Part shown: piece after piece, positions 16,547 through 26,018 of the stretch | Position numbering within the stretch: the stretch's first letter is position 1 | How the letters are laid out: each line of letters opens with the position of its first letter | NCBI GenBank assembly: GCA_035650735.1 | Contig: DASRGZ010000210.1 | Location: forward strand, 1-48,168 | Direction of reading: 5' to 3' | From: Chthonomonadaceae bacterium | GTDB lineage: Bacteria; Armatimonadota; Chthonomonadetes; Chthonomonadales; Chthonomonadaceae | Length of the DNA stretch: 48,168 bases | Program-made: the position numbers and the translations under genes | The notes under the pieces: generated by a model | Told to the model about the DNA's origin: nothing | Seen by the model: only the letters and a program-made list of their open reading frames with translations | The model's database searches: none

Positions 16547-19500
16547 GCAGCCCTTCGCCTCCCTCCCCACCGCCGGGCCGCCGAGCGCGCTTTGAGCAGC
16601 AGGCAGTCAACCCCCTGCACATGATCCATAAGTGGAGCATCGAGCACCCGTATGTGATCATAGCCTTCTACTTCGCGGTTGTGGCCCTGGCCGTCATCGG
16701 CATGACGTATGCCATTCCGCGCCGGTTCGCGCCCTACGTGCCCAGCCCGATGGTCGGCGTGGTGACGATGATGCCGGGGCTTTCCGCCCAGGAGATGGAG
16801 CTCTACGTCAGCAAGCCGATTGAGGAGCAGCTTATCAACGTCAAAGACCTGCATTACGTGCGCAGCACCTCCCAGGACGGCTTCTCCCTCGTCATCCTGG
16901 AGTTCAACTACGGCACGGACATTAAGAAGGCGGTCGTGGACGTGCAGGCGCTCCTCAATGTCGTGCAGGCCAACCTGCCCAGCACGGGCGCGAACCTCAA
17001 GCCCTCCTACGTCATTCCGGTGGACCCGCTCAACTTGCCCATCCTTGCGCTGTCGCTGACGGGCGACCCGGACAAAGGCTGGACGCCCGCCAAACTCCGA
17101 GAGTTCGCGGATAACACCGTCATCAACCGGATAAAGACCCTCTCGGCGGTCAACTCCGTGGTGGTGTTTGGCGGCTATCGGCGGCAGTTGCAGGTGATAG
17201 TGGACCGGAACAAGCTGGCGGCTTACGGCCTCTCTATTCTGGATGTCCGAAACGCGATTGACCGCTACAACGTGAGCCGTCCCGCCGGAACGCTCACCTC
17301 GGACACGCGGGAGGGCATCATCCGCATAGATACGCGGGCGCAGAGCGCCGAGGACGTGCTGAACTATCCCATCGCCAGCATCGGCGGCGCGGCCTCCGGT
17401 TCACCTTCTGCCGCATCAGGAAGCGGCATCGGGGCGGGCGGCATGGGCGGCGGAGGGATGAGCGGCGCACCCACTACTCTCCTCTCCCCTATTCTTGGGG
17501 GAGGGGCTGGGGATGGGGGACTGAACTTTCTCAACCATCCCCGCGTCGTCTACGTGCGCGATGTCGCCCGCGTGGTGGATGGCTACTGGGAGCGGCGCAG
17601 CGCCTACCACTTCCTGGATCACGCGCCGGGAACGGCAGGCCAGGTCGTTCCCTCCATCGAGGTCTCGGTCATCCAGGACCCGGCGGCAAGCTCCTACTAC
17701 GTCGTGCCCGCCGTCAACGGCGTGCTGCGCCAACTGGAGCGGGAGTATCCGGGCATCCATTTCCGGGCCGCCTACGACAACGCCCAGTTCGTCGAAATCT
17801 TGTTTCACAACGTCTGGCATGAACTAGGTATCGCCATTTTGCTGACCGCCATCACGGTGCTCTTCTTCCTGGGCGAGTGGCGAGGGACGCTCATCGCGCT
17901 CATCACCGTGCCTACCTCCCTGGCGATGGCAGTCCTCATGATGCTGCCGTTTCATATGACCTTCAACAGCGGCACGCTCATCGGCCTGCTGCTCGTCATC
18001 GGTCGCCTGGTGGATGACACGATCATAGACATCCACTCCGTAGAGCGGCACCTGCGGATGGGCAAAGATCCCAAGACCGCCACCATTGACGGCATCGCGG
18101 AAGTGCGCCTGGCGGTGCTGGCCTCTACCTTGATGCTGGTGCTGGCGCTCGTGCCGCTCCTGTTCTGCGGAGGCATCACGCAGTTGATGTTCGTGGAGCT
18201 GGTCTGGCCGATCATCTTCGGGCTGCTAGCCTCCATGCTCGTCTCGTTTACCCTGACGGCGCTGCTCTGCGCGAACTGGCTGCGGCACGAGGAGGCGCGC
18301 GAGGCCGACCGCCGCCATCCCCTCTTGCGCTGGATCTATGTGCTGGTGGACCCGTTCCAGCGGCTCCTCGCCCGGCTGGAGAGCGGCTACGCGCGCACGA
18401 TCCGGGGGATGCTCAAGAACCGGTTCTGGAACTTCGCGCGCATCGTCGCGACGGTCATCATCGGCTTCACCTTCTACAACTTCATCGGAAGCGAAATGAT
18501 GCCCCTTGCCGATGTGGGCCAGGCCAACGGCTTCCTGGAGATGCAGCCCGGCACCTCCTTTGCCCAGACGGAGCGCGCCGTCAAGCAACTCGAACAGATT
18601 ATGCTCAGGCACCCCGAGCTGGAGCGCGCCTCCATCGAGATCGGCACGGAGAGCATGCTCGAGACCTGGAACCCCTACTTCACCGGCTACCAGATGCCGC
18701 AGGTGAACGGGGCCTCGATGATGCTGACCTTCTCCGACAAGGACGCGCGCCGGCGCGACATCTGGCAGATAATGGATGCCATCCAACGGGAGGCGATGGC
18801 GACCATTCCGGGCATTCGCCGCCTCCAGATCAAGGAGATGGGCTCCGATGTCATGGCGACGGCGGCGGCCCCGATCCATCTGGTACTCTCCGGCCCGGAC
18901 CTCCACGTCCTCAATCAACTGGGCCAGCGCACCTTAGACATCGCCAACCACACCGACGGCATGGTGCAGGCGGCGACGACCTGGACGATGGGCGTGCCGG
19001 ACTACGAGATCCGGGTGGACCCGGCCAGGGCGCAGGAACTGGGCCTCTCGCCGGAGGAGATCTCCCAGCAAGCCTACTACGCGCTGCGCGGCGGCCTGAC
19101 CAACGAGTTCTATCGCCTGCCCAACCTGCGCCAGAACACGATCCTGGTGCGCTACGAGCCGGAGCAGCGCCGGAGCCTGCAAGACCTGGAGCAGCTCTAC
19201 ATCACGGGCGCCAATGGGCGGCAGGTGCCGTTAAAGAGCGTGGCGACGGTCGAGCCGCGCCTGGCCCCGACCGTGATCGAGCACGACGGGCTGCGGCGCG
19301 TCATCGGCGTCACCGGCTACTACCGGAAATGGGGACCGCCCTCGATGGACTTAGGCATGGAAGTGATGATGAAGGCAATGGACAGCCTGAACTTCCCGCC
19401 CGGCTATAACATCGAGATGCGCGGCGACATGACCCAGATGATGGATAGCTTCCGTCGCCTCCTGTACGGGCTGGTGCTGGCGCTTATCTTCATGTACCTG

Positions 19501-20097
19501 GTGCTGGTAGCCCAGTTCCGGGGTTTCCTCCAACCGTTCCAGATGATCGCCTCGCTTCCATTGGAGTTAGCGGGCGTGTTCACGGCGCTGTGGCTGGCGC
19601 ATCAGGCGTTCTCGACCGTCTCCATCATGGCGGTGATCGTGCTTACGGGCATGGACATCACGACCGCCATCCTGATGATAGACATGATTATGCGCTACCG
19701 CGACCGGGGCGTGCCGCGCGATCAGGCGGTGGAGGAAGCGGCGCCGCAGCGGCTGCGGCCTATCCTGATGACTGCGATGATTACGATCATCGTCATGGTG
19801 CCGGTGGCTTTCTTCCCAAAGACAGGGCTGGATGCCTATCAGCCGCTCGGCACGACCATCCTCGGCGGCTTGACCGTCGGGACGCTTCTGAGCCTGTTGG
19901 ACATCCCGATCATGCATACCTACGTGGACGATCTCATCCGCTGGCTGAACAAGACGTTCCTGGGGCGGGAGTGGCACTGGCCGGTGATCCGGCAGGGAGA
20001 AGGCGAGCCTGAGCCCGCGCACGTCGCGACAGTGGAGAGCAGCAACGGCGCCGGCGCTTCCATTTCAGAGAGGGAGGCGCGCCATGAGACGACTTGA
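16543..20097 (+). CDS. RND efflux permease (AcrB/CusA superfamily), divergent
   Basis: ATGA overlap with adaptor stop; MPGLSAQEMELYVSKPIEE, LVDD, RLRPILMT motifs; ~1184 aa. Confidence 0.93.
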   Translation: MSSPSPPSPPPGRRARFEQQAVNPLHMIHKWSIEHPYVIIAFYFAVVALAVIGMTYAIPRRFAPYVPSPMVGVVTMMPGLSAQEMELYVSKPIEEQLINVKDLHYVRSTSQDGFSLVILEFNYGTDIKKAVVDVQALLNVVQANLPSTGANLKPSYVIPVDPLNLPILALSLTGDPDKGWTPAKLREFADNTVINRIKTLSAVNSVVVFGGYRRQLQVIVDRNKLAAYGLSILDVRNAIDRYNVSRPAGTLTSDTREGIIRIDTRAQSAEDVLNYPIASIGGAASGSPSAASGSGIGAGGMGGGGMSGAPTTLLSPILGGGAGDGGLNFLNHPRVVYVRDVARVVDGYWERRSAYHFLDHAPGTAGQVVPSIEVSVIQDPAASSYYVVPAVNGVLRQLEREYPGIHFRAAYDNAQFVEILFHNVWHELGIAILLTAITVLFFLGEWRGTLIALITVPTSLAMAVLMMLPFHMTFNSGTLIGLLLVIGRLVDDTIIDIHSVERHLRMGKDPKTATIDGIAEVRLAVLASTLMLVLALVPLLFCGGITQLMFVELVWPIIFGLLASMLVSFTLTALLCANWLRHEEAREADRRHPLLRWIYVLVDPFQRLLARLESGYARTIRGMLKNRFWNFARIVATVIIGFTFYNFIGSEMMPLADVGQANGFLEMQPGTSFAQTERAVKQLEQIMLRHPELERASIEIGTESMLETWNPYFTGYQMPQVNGASMMLTFSDKDARRRDIWQIMDAIQREAMATIPGIRRLQIKEMGSDVMATAAAPIHLVLSGPDLHVLNQLGQRTLDIANHTDGMVQAATTWTMGVPDYEIRVDPARAQELGLSPEEISQQAYYALRGGLTNEFYRLPNLRQNTILVRYEPEQRRSLQDLEQLYITGANGRQVPLKSVATVEPRLAPTVIEHDGLRRVIGVTGYYRKWGPPSMDLGMEVMMKAMDSLNFPPGYNIEMRGDMTQMMDSFRRLLYGLVLALIFMYLVLVAQFRGFLQPFQMIASLPLELAGVFTALWLAHQAFSTVSIMAVIVLTGMDITTAILMIDMIMRYRDRGVPRDQAVEEAAPQRLRPILMTAMITIIVMVPVAFFPKTGLDAYQPLGTTILGGLTVGTLLSLLDIPIMHTYVDDLIRWLNKTFLGREWHWPVIRQGEGEPEPAHVATVESSNGAGASISEREARHETT

Positions 20098-20104
20098 CCC
20101 GCCA

Positions 20105-20295
20105 TTCCCACGCCTTCGCGGCGTGCGGGGAGAGGAGAAGCCCTCACCCCCTGCCCCCTACTGCCAGGGTCGCGCCTGCAACGGTTGGGCCCCTGCTCGG
20201 GTCGGCGCTGCAATGGCTCGCGCCTCCGCCTAGCCACACCTGGCCACAGCCCTCCGCCTGGCGATCCACGCTGCGGGAGAGGGGGAGCAGAAGCC
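20105..20295. repeat. CCCTC/GGGAGAGG palindromic repeat cluster
   Basis: Shares GGGAGAGGGGGAGCAGAAGCCAG-like and CCCTCACCCC segments with copies near 25.9 and 27.3 kb. Confidence 0.55.
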
Positions 20296-20391
20296 AGGGT
20301 TTCGCCTGCCGAGATGGAGTTAGGTGCTGAGGCAATCCGAGCAGGAAAAGAGGGCGGCTTTCATGAAAAGAGGCACAAAAAGGAGTCTGGA

Positions 20392-21516
20392 ATGACCGTA
20401 ACCGATTCGACGCCGAAAGTCAACGTGGGCATTGTGGGCTGCGGCAACATCAGCGGCATCTACTTTAGGAACCTCAAGAAGTTTCGCAATACCGAGGTAG
20501 TGGCGTGCGCGGACCTGATCCCGGAGCGCGCCAGGGCGAAAGCCGAGGAGCATGGCGTGCCCAAAGCGCTCACCGTCGAGCAACTGCTCAATGACCCGGA
20601 CGTGGAGCTTGTGGTGAACCTGACGATTCCGGTGGCCCATGCCGAAATTGCGCTGGCGTCTCTGGAGGCAGGGAAGCACACCTACGGCGAGAAGCCGTTT
20701 ACCGTCACGCGGGAGCAGGGGCGCAAGGTCCTGGAGCTGGCCCGGGCCAAGAACCTGCGCGTCGGGTGCGCGCCGGATACGTTTCTGGGCGGAGGGCATC
20801 AGACCTGCCGCAAGCTGATTGACGAGGGCGTCATCGGCGAGCCGATAGGCGCTACCGCCTTCATGCTCTGCCACGGGCATGAGTCGTGGCATCCCGACCC
20901 CGAGTTCTACTATGCCAGGACCGGCGGCGGGCCGTTGATGGACATGGGGCCCTATTATGTCACGGCGCTTGTCAACATGATCGCCGGCATTCAGCGGGTG
21001 ACGGGCTCGGCCCGCATCACGTTCCCCGAACGCACCATCACGAGCCAGCCCAAGCACGGCAAGAAGATCGAGGTAGAGACGCCCACGCACATCGCGGGCG
21101 TGCTGGATTTTGCCAACGGGGCTATCGGCACGCTGGTGACCAGCTTCGACGTGTGGGCGCACCAACTGCCCAATATCGAGGTCTACGGAACGGAGGGCTC
21201 CCTGCGCGTGCCCGACCCGAACGGCTTTGGCGGCACGGTGCTGGTCAAGCGAATGGATGAGAAGGAGTGGCGCGAGGTACCGCTGACGCACGGTTTTGCG
21301 GAAAACGCACGCGGACTGGGCGTAGCGGACATGGCAGCAGCCATTCGCACCGGCAGGCCGCATCGGGCCAGCGGCGATATGGCCTATCATACGCTAGACG
21401 TCATGCAGGGCATTCTGGATGCCTCTGAGAGCGGGACGCACTACCGGCCGGAAAGCCCGGTGGAGCGCCCAGCAGCCCTGCCGACCGATATGCCCAGCGA
21501 TGCCGTGCCCGCCTAG
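20392..21516 (+). CDS. Gfo/Idh/MocA family oxidoreductase
   Basis: [39 protein letters not shown]. Confidence 0.92.
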   Translation: MTVTDSTPKVNVGIVGCGNISGIYFRNLKKFRNTEVVACADLIPERARAKAEEHGVPKALTVEQLLNDPDVELVVNLTIPVAHAEIALASLEAGKHTYGEKPFTVTREQGRKVLELARAKNLRVGCAPDTFLGGGHQTCRKLIDEGVIGEPIGATAFMLCHGHESWHPDPEFYYARTGGGPLMDMGPYYVTALVNMIAGIQRVTGSARITFPERTITSQPKHGKKIEVETPTHIAGVLDFANGAIGTLVTSFDVWAHQLPNIEVYGTEGSLRVPDPNGFGGTVLVKRMDEKEWREVPLTHGFAENARGLGVADMAAAIRTGRPHRASGDMAYHTLDVMQGILDASESGTHYRPESPVERPAALPTDMPSDAVPA

Positions 21517-21528
21517 CGGCGCTTTTCC

Positions 21529-21669
21529 CGCCCACGTAGGTGGGCGGCGGGCTATAATATCCAATCCGGTGAATTTCTTCCCATATGCGCTGCACCTTGA
21601 GGTAGCCATACGATAAGTATTCCCTCGGACTGGATATAAGCCCCACAGCGGCAGGGTTTAGCCTGTCGC
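21529..21669 (+). repeat. REP-like element (family A), interrupted by a MITE
   Basis: CGCCCACGTAGGTGGGCG ... CCCACAGCGGCAGGGTTTAGCCTG; intact copies at 35570, 37161, 38140. Confidence 0.8.
21558..21636. mobile_element. 79-bp MITE with TAA target duplication
   Basis: TIR TATCCAATCCG / CGGACTGGATA; removing it restores the REP spacer. Confidence 0.7.
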
Positions 21670-21684
21670 TTAGCTCCAATACTA

Positions 21685-21725
21685 GAGCCGCCGCGCCTCG
21701 ATAGGAGGCGCGGCGGCTCCTTCTT
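21685..21725 (+). terminator. Terminator hairpin between convergent genes
   Basis: 15-bp perfect stem GAGCCGCCGCGCCTC / GAGGCGCGGCGGCTC then CTTCTT. Confidence 0.7.
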
Positions 21726-21800
21726 GCGCGTGGCAGTCAGAGGAAAGCTGGGGGCATTGAACAGCTAGAGCGATATCGAGCGTGCCAACCTCTGATGCCA

Positions 21801-23099
21801 TCACGCCTTCTTGCCTTTCCCTCCGGCCCTACTTTTGGGATTGGCCTTCTTATCGCTTTCGGCCCCCGGATTGGCGGGACGGGCCTGGCTTTTCAGCGCC
21901 CGCTGCTGAAGCTCCACCGGCGGGTAGCTGGCGCGAGGGACGTTCGTGTTGCCGTAGAAGAGCTGGAAGTCCGGGGTCGTGGTGACGAAAATCTTATCGC
22001 CAACCCATTTCCATTCCAGGCGCGCAATCGAAGTCAGGATGTTGAGCGCGTCCGGCAGGCTGCGCGCCGAAATACTGCCCTCAAGACGGAACTTGGGCCC
22101 GGCAGGCACTTTAGGATCGATCAGCACCGGAACGTTGGCCTGCGCCGCCAACTGCTCGATGGCATCGCGCACAGGCAGGCTTTGTCCGGGCTGGGTATAT
22201 AGCTCCACGTAGTTATATTGATTTTTGAGTTGGCGATAGGCATCCTGCTGGGCCGCAGCGTCCGGCACAATGGTAGGCTGGTTGGCGCCACCCAAGCGAT
22301 CGCGCCCATCGGCGCGGCGCGGCGCTGGGTGCGCGAGCCGCTCTTCGCCTTTGGTTTCCTTTTCGGACGACGGAGCGGATTTGACGCGCGCCTCCTGTCT
22401 CCGCGTGAGGGCATTGTCCACCGATTGCGGCGACGGCCCTGCCGGTCCTGCTGGGCCGGGTGGGCCCGTCTGTTGCAGGCGCTGCATGTTGAGCGTCGCC
22501 CCTCCTCCAAAGCCGCCGAAACCGCCCCCCAACTGTCCCGGGACGCCGAAATAGGCTGGCGGCGCGAAGCCGTTCTGTCCTAGATGGGGCAGGTCGAGGC
22601 CCAGGAAGCGAAGCTGCGCCTGTAGCTGAGCGTTCAGGGTGCGCAGTCGGGTGAAGGCAGCCCGGATAGCCTCGTCGTCACGGGTAAAGTGGTAGATGCC
22701 GGTGTCCTTGTCCTGGGTGTAACGCAGGAAGGTCTGCTGGCAGATGGCGTCCAGCACGGTCAGGAACGACTGCCGGCTGAGGCGCATCGTCACCTGGCCT
22801 GCCACGTTGTTGTCCAGCGTGAAGTCCTTCTCCGCCTGGTTGAACACGAGGCTCAGGAGGCTGCGCACGTCCGCATGGTCGGCAAGAATGGTGAAGCGGT
22901 CGGCGGTGCCGGTCACCTGTAACGTGGAGGCGACCGCCGCAGCGTTGCCGTATCCCTGCCCGGCATCGGGGTACTGTGCCACCAACTGCGGTTGCGGCTC
23001 GTCCTGCGTTTGCGCAGCGCGCCCGGTTACGCCCGGCCCGGCCAGAGCCGCGCTCACGGCCAGGGCCATGCCAAGATGACGGAAAGAGAGGAGGCGCAT
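21801..23099 (-). CDS. Secreted protein with two STN/secretin-N0-like domains, no beta-barrel
   Basis: Signal peptide; ADVRSLLSLVF...VAGQVTMRL...VLDAIC and PVRDAIEQLAAQANV...LPDALNIL patterns; GPPGPAGPAGP linker. Confidence 0.65.
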   Translation of the reverse strand: MRLLSFRHLGMALAVSAALAGPGVTGRAAQTQDEPQPQLVAQYPDAGQGYGNAAAVASTLQVTGTADRFTILADHADVRSLLSLVFNQAEKDFTLDNNVAGQVTMRLSRQSFLTVLDAICQQTFLRYTQDKDTGIYHFTRDDEAIRAAFTRLRTLNAQLQAQLRFLGLDLPHLGQNGFAPPAYFGVPGQLGGGFGGFGGGATLNMQRLQQTGPPGPAGPAGPSPQSVDNALTRRQEARVKSAPSSEKETKGEERLAHPAPRRADGRDRLGGANQPTIVPDAAAQQDAYRQLKNQYNYVELYTQPGQSLPVRDAIEQLAAQANVPVLIDPKVPAGPKFRLEGSISARSLPDALNILTSIARLEWKWVGDKIFVTTTPDFQLFYGNTNVPRASYPPVELQQRALKSQARPANPGAESDKKANPKSRAGGKGKKA

Positions 23100-23125
23100 T
23101 GTTGTTTTCCTCCAACCTGAGCCTT

Positions 23126-24199
23126 TTATTTCGTGTTCTGACCTTCCGATGCAGCGCCCAGAGGTTTTGAGGCGGGAACGGCCAGCGGCGTGCTGTCGGC
23201 TTCCACGGCGATTACCTGCTTGCCATGCTCCGAGTTGAGGCTGGAAACGTGCGTGCTGGCGACAAATCCCCGCTCCTCATCCACGACCCGCAGCGAGACC
23301 TCATCTGCGATAACAGCATTCCGATGCGCGTCCTTCAAATTCGCCAACTGTTGCGTAGCCGTGCCCAGTTGTTCCGACAGGACGCTCGGGGAGGCGCGCT
23401 CTACCCCTCCGCGCAGGGCGAACGTTTCCGGAGAGGAGGACGCCTCGGGCGGCTCCACATTAAGCCGAATATCCCCATCCGGCGCAAACGGCCTCTTCGG
23501 CTCATCTGCCCGGACAACCTTCCAGATCGGGCGGTAGCCTGTCTTTGGGCGTGGCGGCCGCTCTGGCTTAGAGGCAAGCATAATCGGCGCAGGGTGTGGG
23601 GCCGGCCAATGCCTCCGCCTATGCATACCGGATGACGCGACGCGCGTGGCTTTCGAGCCTGCCTCAACGGGGTTCCGCTTCACCGCCCTACTGCCTTGCC
23701 GTTTCTTCTCCGGCGCTGGGGTTTCCCTATCCGGTGCGCCCGGCTCTGGCGCTCGTACCAGAAGGCTAGGAGGTTTGCTTGGCACGACCGCTATCCGGGG
23801 TGGGGCCGGAGAGGGATGGGGCCGCAGCAGCAGGACCGCCAGCAGGCCGACGGCGAGCGCGGGCACGGCCAGGCTCCAGGACAGCCACCGTTGGCGGCGC
23901 GTGCGGCGGGCCTGGGAGGTGGCGAGTCGGGCGTAGAAGTCGGCGCGCAGGTCTCCGGCAGGCGGCACAGCGCTCAGCGCTGAGGTCAGGGCGCGCTCGG
24001 AGTCACGGAAGAGATCCGCTTCCTGCCGGCACGCCGCGCAGCGGTCCAGATGAGCTTGCACTTGCTGCATAGGGGCAGCAGGCAGTTCGCCATCCAGATA
24101 GTCCAGGATCTGCGCCTGCACCGCCGCGCAGGTGGCAGGCAGTGGAGCGCGTTTCCTATCGGGTTGTGCGCGGCGTTCAGCGCCGGGTACGGGCCGCAT
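23126..24199 (-). CDS. Zinc-binding anti-sigma factor (zf-HC2) with TM and Pro-rich outer tail
   Basis: YLDGEL...HLDRCAAC (HxxxCxxC); TM segment; overlaps sigma gene end; GAGGAGG RBS. Confidence 0.85.
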   Translation of the reverse strand: MRPVPGAERRAQPDRKRAPLPATCAAVQAQILDYLDGELPAAPMQQVQAHLDRCAACRQEADLFRDSERALTSALSAVPPAGDLRADFYARLATSQARRTRRQRWLSWSLAVPALAVGLLAVLLLRPHPSPAPPRIAVVPSKPPSLLVRAPEPGAPDRETPAPEKKRQGSRAVKRNPVEAGSKATRVASSGMHRRRHWPAPHPAPIMLASKPERPPRPKTGYRPIWKVVRADEPKRPFAPDGDIRLNVEPPEASSSPETFALRGGVERASPSVLSEQLGTATQQLANLKDAHRNAVIADEVSLRVVDEERGFVASTHVSSLNSEHGKQVIAVEADSTPLAVPASKPLGAASEGQNTK

Positions 24200-24860
24200 C
24201 GGCCTTTCCCTCCTCGGCAGGACAGGCGGCAGCCCTGTCCGTCCCATACGTAGCCACGTAATACTCCTTGAATACCTGGCGGGCGCGGTGCAGACGCACC
24301 TTCGCCGCCGCCAGGGAACATTCCAGCACGTCGGCGATCTCTTCCAGCGACAGGTCACGATAATAGCGCAGGGCCAGCACCTGCCGGTGCTGCATCGGGC
24401 AGCGTATCAGCACGCTCTGAACCGTTTCCCGCTCCAGGTCGCGGTCGAACGCACTCTCGGGCTCATCTTGCGGGTCGGCTGCGCGCTGCGCCAGCGACGG
24501 CTCATCAGAGAGCGCCAGGAAGCGCCAGCGGCGGGAGCCTCGCGCCGCGTCTACCGCCCGGTTGACGGCGATCCGATACAGCCAGGTGGCGAAGCGCGAA
24601 CCGTGCCGGAACTTGGGCAGAGAGCGGTAGACCTGTAGGAACACCTCTTGAGTCAGGTCGCGGGCCTCTTCGGCGCTGCCCACAATGCCATAGATAATGT
24701 GATATACGTAGTCCTGGTATTTGAGGAATAGCGAGTCGAAGGCCGCCGCATCGCCGCGCAGGAAGCGCGCGACAAGGCAGCCATCGTCGTCGGTTGTCAC
24801 CGTGCGCTCCCCGTTCATCGGTGCTTCCCAACCAAATACGCAGGCTTCCTGGCTCGTCAT
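24177..24860 (-). CDS. ECF sigma-70 family factor (start 24860 or 24818)
   Basis: DLTQEVF, FATWLYRIAVN, region 4 LSLEEIADVL...KVRLHRAR. Confidence 0.93.
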   Translation of the reverse strand: MTSQEACVFGWEAPMNGERTVTTDDDGCLVARFLRGDAAAFDSLFLKYQDYVYHIIYGIVGSAEEARDLTQEVFLQVYRSLPKFRHGSRFATWLYRIAVNRAVDAARGSRRWRFLALSDEPSLAQRAADPQDEPESAFDRDLERETVQSVLIRCPMQHRQVLALRYYRDLSLEEIADVLECSLAAAKVRLHRARQVFKEYYVATYGTDRAAACPAEEGKADAARTRR

Positions 24861-24996
24861 CGAGATAACCTGTATTTCGGTATCAAATCCAGCGCCATCC
24901 TGCCTCAGGGATGACCTCATCCTCGGCTCGCCTATCCCTCGTCCTGCTTTCCTGATTCGTCGTTAACACGGCAGGAAAGGGAGTGACCCGACTTCT

Positions 24997-25040
24997 CCTC
25001 TCCCCTCTCCTTAGGAAGGAGAGGGGCCGGGGGTGAGGTC
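24997..25040. repeat. CCCCTCTCC-N-GGAGAGGGG palindromic repeat (family B)
   Basis: CCCCTCTCCTTAGGAAGGAGAGGGGCCGGGGGTGAGG; related copies near 25970, 27215, 27342. Confidence 0.75.
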
Positions 25041-25079
25041 GGTTGAAGGTGAGGCTCCTAACTGATCCCCTGGCAATGG

Positions 25080-25108
25080 TTAGACGTCTGGCATGGAGAA
25101 GAGGTTAC
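25080..25108 (-). promoter_or_regulatory. ECF-type promoter, probably autoregulatory
   Basis: Minus strand GTAACC-N16-CGTCTAA (AAC/CGT signature) upstream of the ECF gene. Confidence 0.65.
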
Positions 25109-25117
25109 GCAATGACG

Positions 25118-25164
25118 AAAAAAGCGCCGCGTGAGAATCCCATTTGAGAATTCCGCGCGGCGCT
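25118..25164 (-). terminator. Terminator of the dnaK-dnaJ-hspR unit
   Basis: AGCGCCGCG stem followed by TTTTT on the minus strand. Confidence 0.6.
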
Positions 25165-25361
25165 AAGCAAGGATAGATGCCTCGTCACTCCGTTTTGATC
25201 GTATCCACCGCTTTCGGCGTTGCCCGCCGGTACGACCGGCGCTTGGGAGCCGGAAGCACAATCGGCGATTTCGGCAATTGCTTCATTGCCATGCTTTGGG
25301 GCGGCTCCGGCAGCGCCTCCGGGGTAGGCTCTCCCGCGGGCAGAGGCGGCAACTGCTCCAG

Positions 25362-25709
25362 TCACGTGAACGAGCCCCCGGTTTTCTCCAGGAATTCCCG
25401 CAGCCGCGCCTCCATCTCCGCGCACCGGTGAGCGATGGCGTCACGCTCGGCCTGGGTCCTTTCGAGCCGCTGCAACAGGTCGAGAATGATCTCGACCCCG
25501 GCCAGATTGACGCCCATATCCTGCGTGAAGCGGCGTATCTGGCGCAGACGCTCGACATCCGCCTCGGAGTAGAGCCGGTTCTTGCTTTTGCGTTTCGGCG
25601 TCACCAGCCCCAGCTTCTCGTAGAGGCGAATCGTCTGGGCATGCATCTTCGTCAGGTCGACCACGACTCCGATCATGTAGACGGGCTCATTTTTATCGTG
25701 CGCGGTCAT
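25362..25709 (-). CDS. hspR: MerR-family heat-shock repressor HspR
   Basis: PVYMIGVV...MHAQTIRLYEKLGLV...RLYSEADVERLRQI...GVNLAG; follows dnaJ. Confidence 0.85.
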   Translation of the reverse strand: MTAHDKNEPVYMIGVVVDLTKMHAQTIRLYEKLGLVTPKRKSKNRLYSEADVERLRQIRRFTQDMGVNLAGVEIILDLLQRLERTQAERDAIAHRCAEMEARLREFLEKTGGSFT

Positions 25710-25775
25710 GCTCCGTCTCTCCTCGATTCAATCCAATCACTATCTGGCCTCTGGGTTGTACCTAACCCCTCATTC

Positions 25776-25813
25776 CGGCAGGCTAAACCCTGCCGCTGGG
25801 GGGCCTACGGCCC
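25776..25813 (-). repeat. Partial REP family A copy
   Basis: CGGCAGGCTAAACCCTGCCGCTG...GGCCTACGGCC. Confidence 0.7.
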
Positions 25814-25891
25814 GCTGACTGCAAGGGTCGGCGCTGCGCTCGCTCGCGCCTCCGCCTAGCGAGGCCCGCTGCCTGCCTACGCAGGCAGAGA

Positions 25892-25952
25892 CAATGCTGG
25901 CTTCTGCTCTCCCTTCTCCCTTGCAGGGAGAAGGGACGGGGATGAGGGGAGA
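25892..25952 (+). repeat. 61-bp repeat, inverted partner of 27276-27336
   Basis: 60/61 identity to the reverse complement. Confidence 0.85.
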
Positions 25953-26018
25953 ACCTAACTTCCCCTCTCACCTCTCCTTACGAAGGAGAGGGGAAGGGGG
26001 TGAGGTCGCTCCGGCCTG

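Noticed and set aside
20094..20335. Short ORFs after the RND gene
   Set aside because: They translate palindromic repeat sequence
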